Below, one piece after another: positions 58,683 through 60,450 of a stretch of DNA of 60,450 bases. The position numbers and the translations under genes are program-made. Under the pieces are notes generated by a model, which worked only from the letters and a program-made list of their open reading frames with translations, did no database searches and was not told the DNA's origin. The DNA is from a virus (taxonomy: Duplodnaviria > Caudoviricetes), in the IMG/VR virus record IMGVR_UViG_3300028377_000012, positions 1 to 60,450 of that record; one strand, 5' to 3'. Numbering within the stretch: the stretch's first letter is position 1; the number at the start of each line of letters is the position of its first letter.

Positions 58683-59411
58683 ATGGGATTATCAAGTAAT
58701 AGAAATGCTAAACGCGCACTCTCTAGGCAATTAGGTCGTTTAAACAGACCAAATTTTAAACAGACCGTATTAGTTGATAGTAAGCGCAAATTGATAGATA
58801 GTATAAATTCTGATAGATCAATTAACACTATTTTAAATACCCAAGCTGAAAAAGATCAATTAATTTATAATTTTGAAAAAGAAATTTTAAATAAAAAGCG
58901 TGAAAAATTTTCACCATATGTTGAAACTGATATTGAAACTGAATATGTTGAACAACCATGCACGACCCAATTTGACTTTGGTAATACTAGTTGGATTGGA
59001 GAAACTTGGAGAACTGAAGCAGTATTTACAGGTGTAGCGGAGGATGATATACTATATATTGATAGTTGGCATATAGTGCCAATTACGACGGGATCCAGAT
59101 ATGGGTATATTGAGTTCCTTATCAAACCAGATATTGAAAGTATTATATTTACAATTACACATGATCGTGATTCAAAAGATGATAATGCTTGGATAAAAGC
59201 GTATAAAAACGATGTGTTAATAGCCGAAGATGTTAGTATTTTGGGGCAGTATGATCCAAATTATTGGTTGTTGGAAGGAGGGAGTAGCTTTCAACTATCA
59301 GCCAATAATTTAACTTCAGATGGTTGCGAAACCAAAATAAAACTAGAGGGTCGAATGGATGGTGGCACTCCTACATACATTACTGTTGAGGTTGACAATA
59401 TTATAAAATAA
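58683..59411 (+). CDS. Hypothetical late protein (basic N-terminus, beta-rich C-domain)
   Basis: TATAAACA 6 nt upstream; KFSPYVET motif. Confidence 0.7.
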   Translation: MGLSSNRNAKRALSRQLGRLNRPNFKQTVLVDSKRKLIDSINSDRSINTILNTQAEKDQLIYNFEKEILNKKREKFSPYVETDIETEYVEQPCTTQFDFGNTSWIGETWRTEAVFTGVAEDDILYIDSWHIVPITTGSRYGYIEFLIKPDIESIIFTITHDRDSKDDNAWIKAYKNDVLIAEDVSILGQYDPNYWLLEGGSSFQLSANNLTSDGCETKIKLEGRMDGGTPTYITVEVDNIIK

Positions 59412-59416
59412 CTAAT

Positions 59417-59887
59417 ATGAATTTATCAAAGAGAAGGCGCATTTTAGACAATAATAGAGATATTCGATCATCTATTATTAAAAAGCGTGTATTAGCGGAT
59501 CGCCAAATGAGAAATGATATTGTAAATGTGAATAAATATATTGGTCAAAAAAGATATAAATTTTCACCATATGTTGAAACTGAATATGTTGAACCAGAAC
59601 CAGAATTTGGTATATGTGATTTAGTTGATACAGACTTCGAGGACGATTGTGAATATTATGGCAATTTGTTCTTAACGGGGCCATTTGCAATTCTTGAAAA
59701 TTTTGAAACTAGAACAAATGACGAAATTGGTGGGGAATTTTTTAATGTGGGTTTATTTAATTATGTTGAGGATTTTGAAACTAGAACAAATGACGAAATT
59801 GGTGGGGAATTTTTTAATGTGGGTTTATTTAATTATGTTGAGGATTTTGAAGATGGGTTATCGCATGGCGAATTAATAAATTTGTGA
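59417..59887 (+). CDS. Hypothetical protein sharing an N-terminal module with the previous gene
   Basis: Basic N-terminus, KFSPYVETEYVE, 24-aa repeat. Confidence 0.7.
   Translation: MNLSKRRRILDNNRDIRSSIIKKRVLADRQMRNDIVNVNKYIGQKRYKFSPYVETEYVEPEPEFGICDLVDTDFEDDCEYYGNLFLTGPFAILENFETRTNDEIGGEFFNVGLFNYVEDFETRTNDEIGGEFFNVGLFNYVEDFEDGLSHGELINL
59700..59851 (+). repeat. 72-bp tandem duplication
   Basis: Two exact copies encoding FETRTNDEIGGEFFNVGLFNYVED. Confidence 0.9.
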
Positions 59888-59915
59888 AAACTCACCACAA
59901 TTATAAATAATTAAT

Positions 59916-60450
59916 ATGGCTGAAGGTGGAATAATTTATACAAAGACAATTGATGCATCCGTTCAAGATGGCGTTGATAATAGTTTGATCATACAACCCA
60001 ATTACGCTTATCAAAAGAAATTTGTATTTGGTGGTGATTGGGAACATATAGCAATAGGTTTTTTTATAAGTTATACTAATTCTATAACAGATAATAACAA
60101 ATCATTCGTATCAGGCCAAGCTGATGTAAGTAGTGGGGGATCATCAAAGGACACAAATACTTACTACGGAATTATTAAAGATTCACCAACTAAGTATTTA
60201 CCAGAAGTAGTAGGGCAACCATTACTTGCTGGTCAGATGTTCTTTGGAGCTATGCATAATAATCTTGTTGGAATTAACAGTCTCGCTTACAATACCAATC
60301 AATTCAACGACGACGGTGGTAATAGTTATGGCGGGTCTCTGTTATTATCAAATGAAGTCAATACCACTCGTAGATATTCCAATAATAGTGGGAGAATGCG
60401 AAGCAATATACCTCTAACTCGTAGCAGCGACACTACAAACTTTGCTGCAT
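59916..60450 (+). CDS. Late hypothetical (probable virion) protein, runs off the window end
   Basis: TATAAATA 59902-59909 then MAEGGIIYTK..., frame open to the end; absent from the ORF track. Confidence 0.7.
   Translation, partial: MAEGGIIYTKTIDASVQDGVDNSLIIQPNYAYQKKFVFGGDWEHIAIGFFISYTNSITDNNKSFVSGQADVSSGGSSKDTNTYYGIIKDSPTKYLPEVVGQPLLAGQMFFGAMHNNLVGINSLAYNTNQFNDDGGNSYGGSLLLSNEVNTTRRYSNNSGRMRSNIPLTRSSDTTNFAA

Noticed and set aside
59700-59851. 72-bp repeat as CRISPR or DGR template/variable pair
   Set aside because: Adjacent identical copies, no adenine-specific differences, no reverse transcriptase in the window
1-60450. Stop-codon recoding as in some large phages
   Set aside because: Core genes are full length in the standard code and coding density is high
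1-60450. Host assignment
   Set aside because: Sigma70-like promoters and scarce SD motifs are not specific enough to name a host

Overview
A 60 kb, AT-rich fragment of a large T4-related myophage read in the standard genetic code; no host genes, CRISPR array or canonical tRNA were seen. It carries the T4-type replication/recombination core (RNase H, clamp, gp32, gp59-like, gp41, UvsX, gp43, UvsY, UvsW, gp55, gp47, gp46, gp61) and scattered morphogenesis genes (portal gp20, gp15, gp14, terminase gp17, gp3, sheath gp18). Main points of interest: (1) the terminase is interrupted twice, by a class 3 LAGLIDADG intein and by an atypically split, Gln-ending intein, so it should need trans-splicing of two separately encoded halves; (2) a dTDP-rhamnose pathway with an NRS/ER-like enzyme plus five glycosyltransferase genes and an FkbM methyltransferase; (3) late-expressed proteins with capsid-targeting-like N-termini carrying enzyme domains (amidoligase, GNAT, nucleotidyltransferase-ADP-ribosyltransferase fusion); (4) promoters placed 5-8 nt before ATG, implying widespread leaderless mRNAs; (5) small genes bracketed by direct repeats of gene-boundary sequence; (6) a 74-nt cloverleaf-like non-coding element behind a late promoter. 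All calls come from motif recognition by eye, with no database searches; several start codons were moved from the ORF track using promoter or overlap context.
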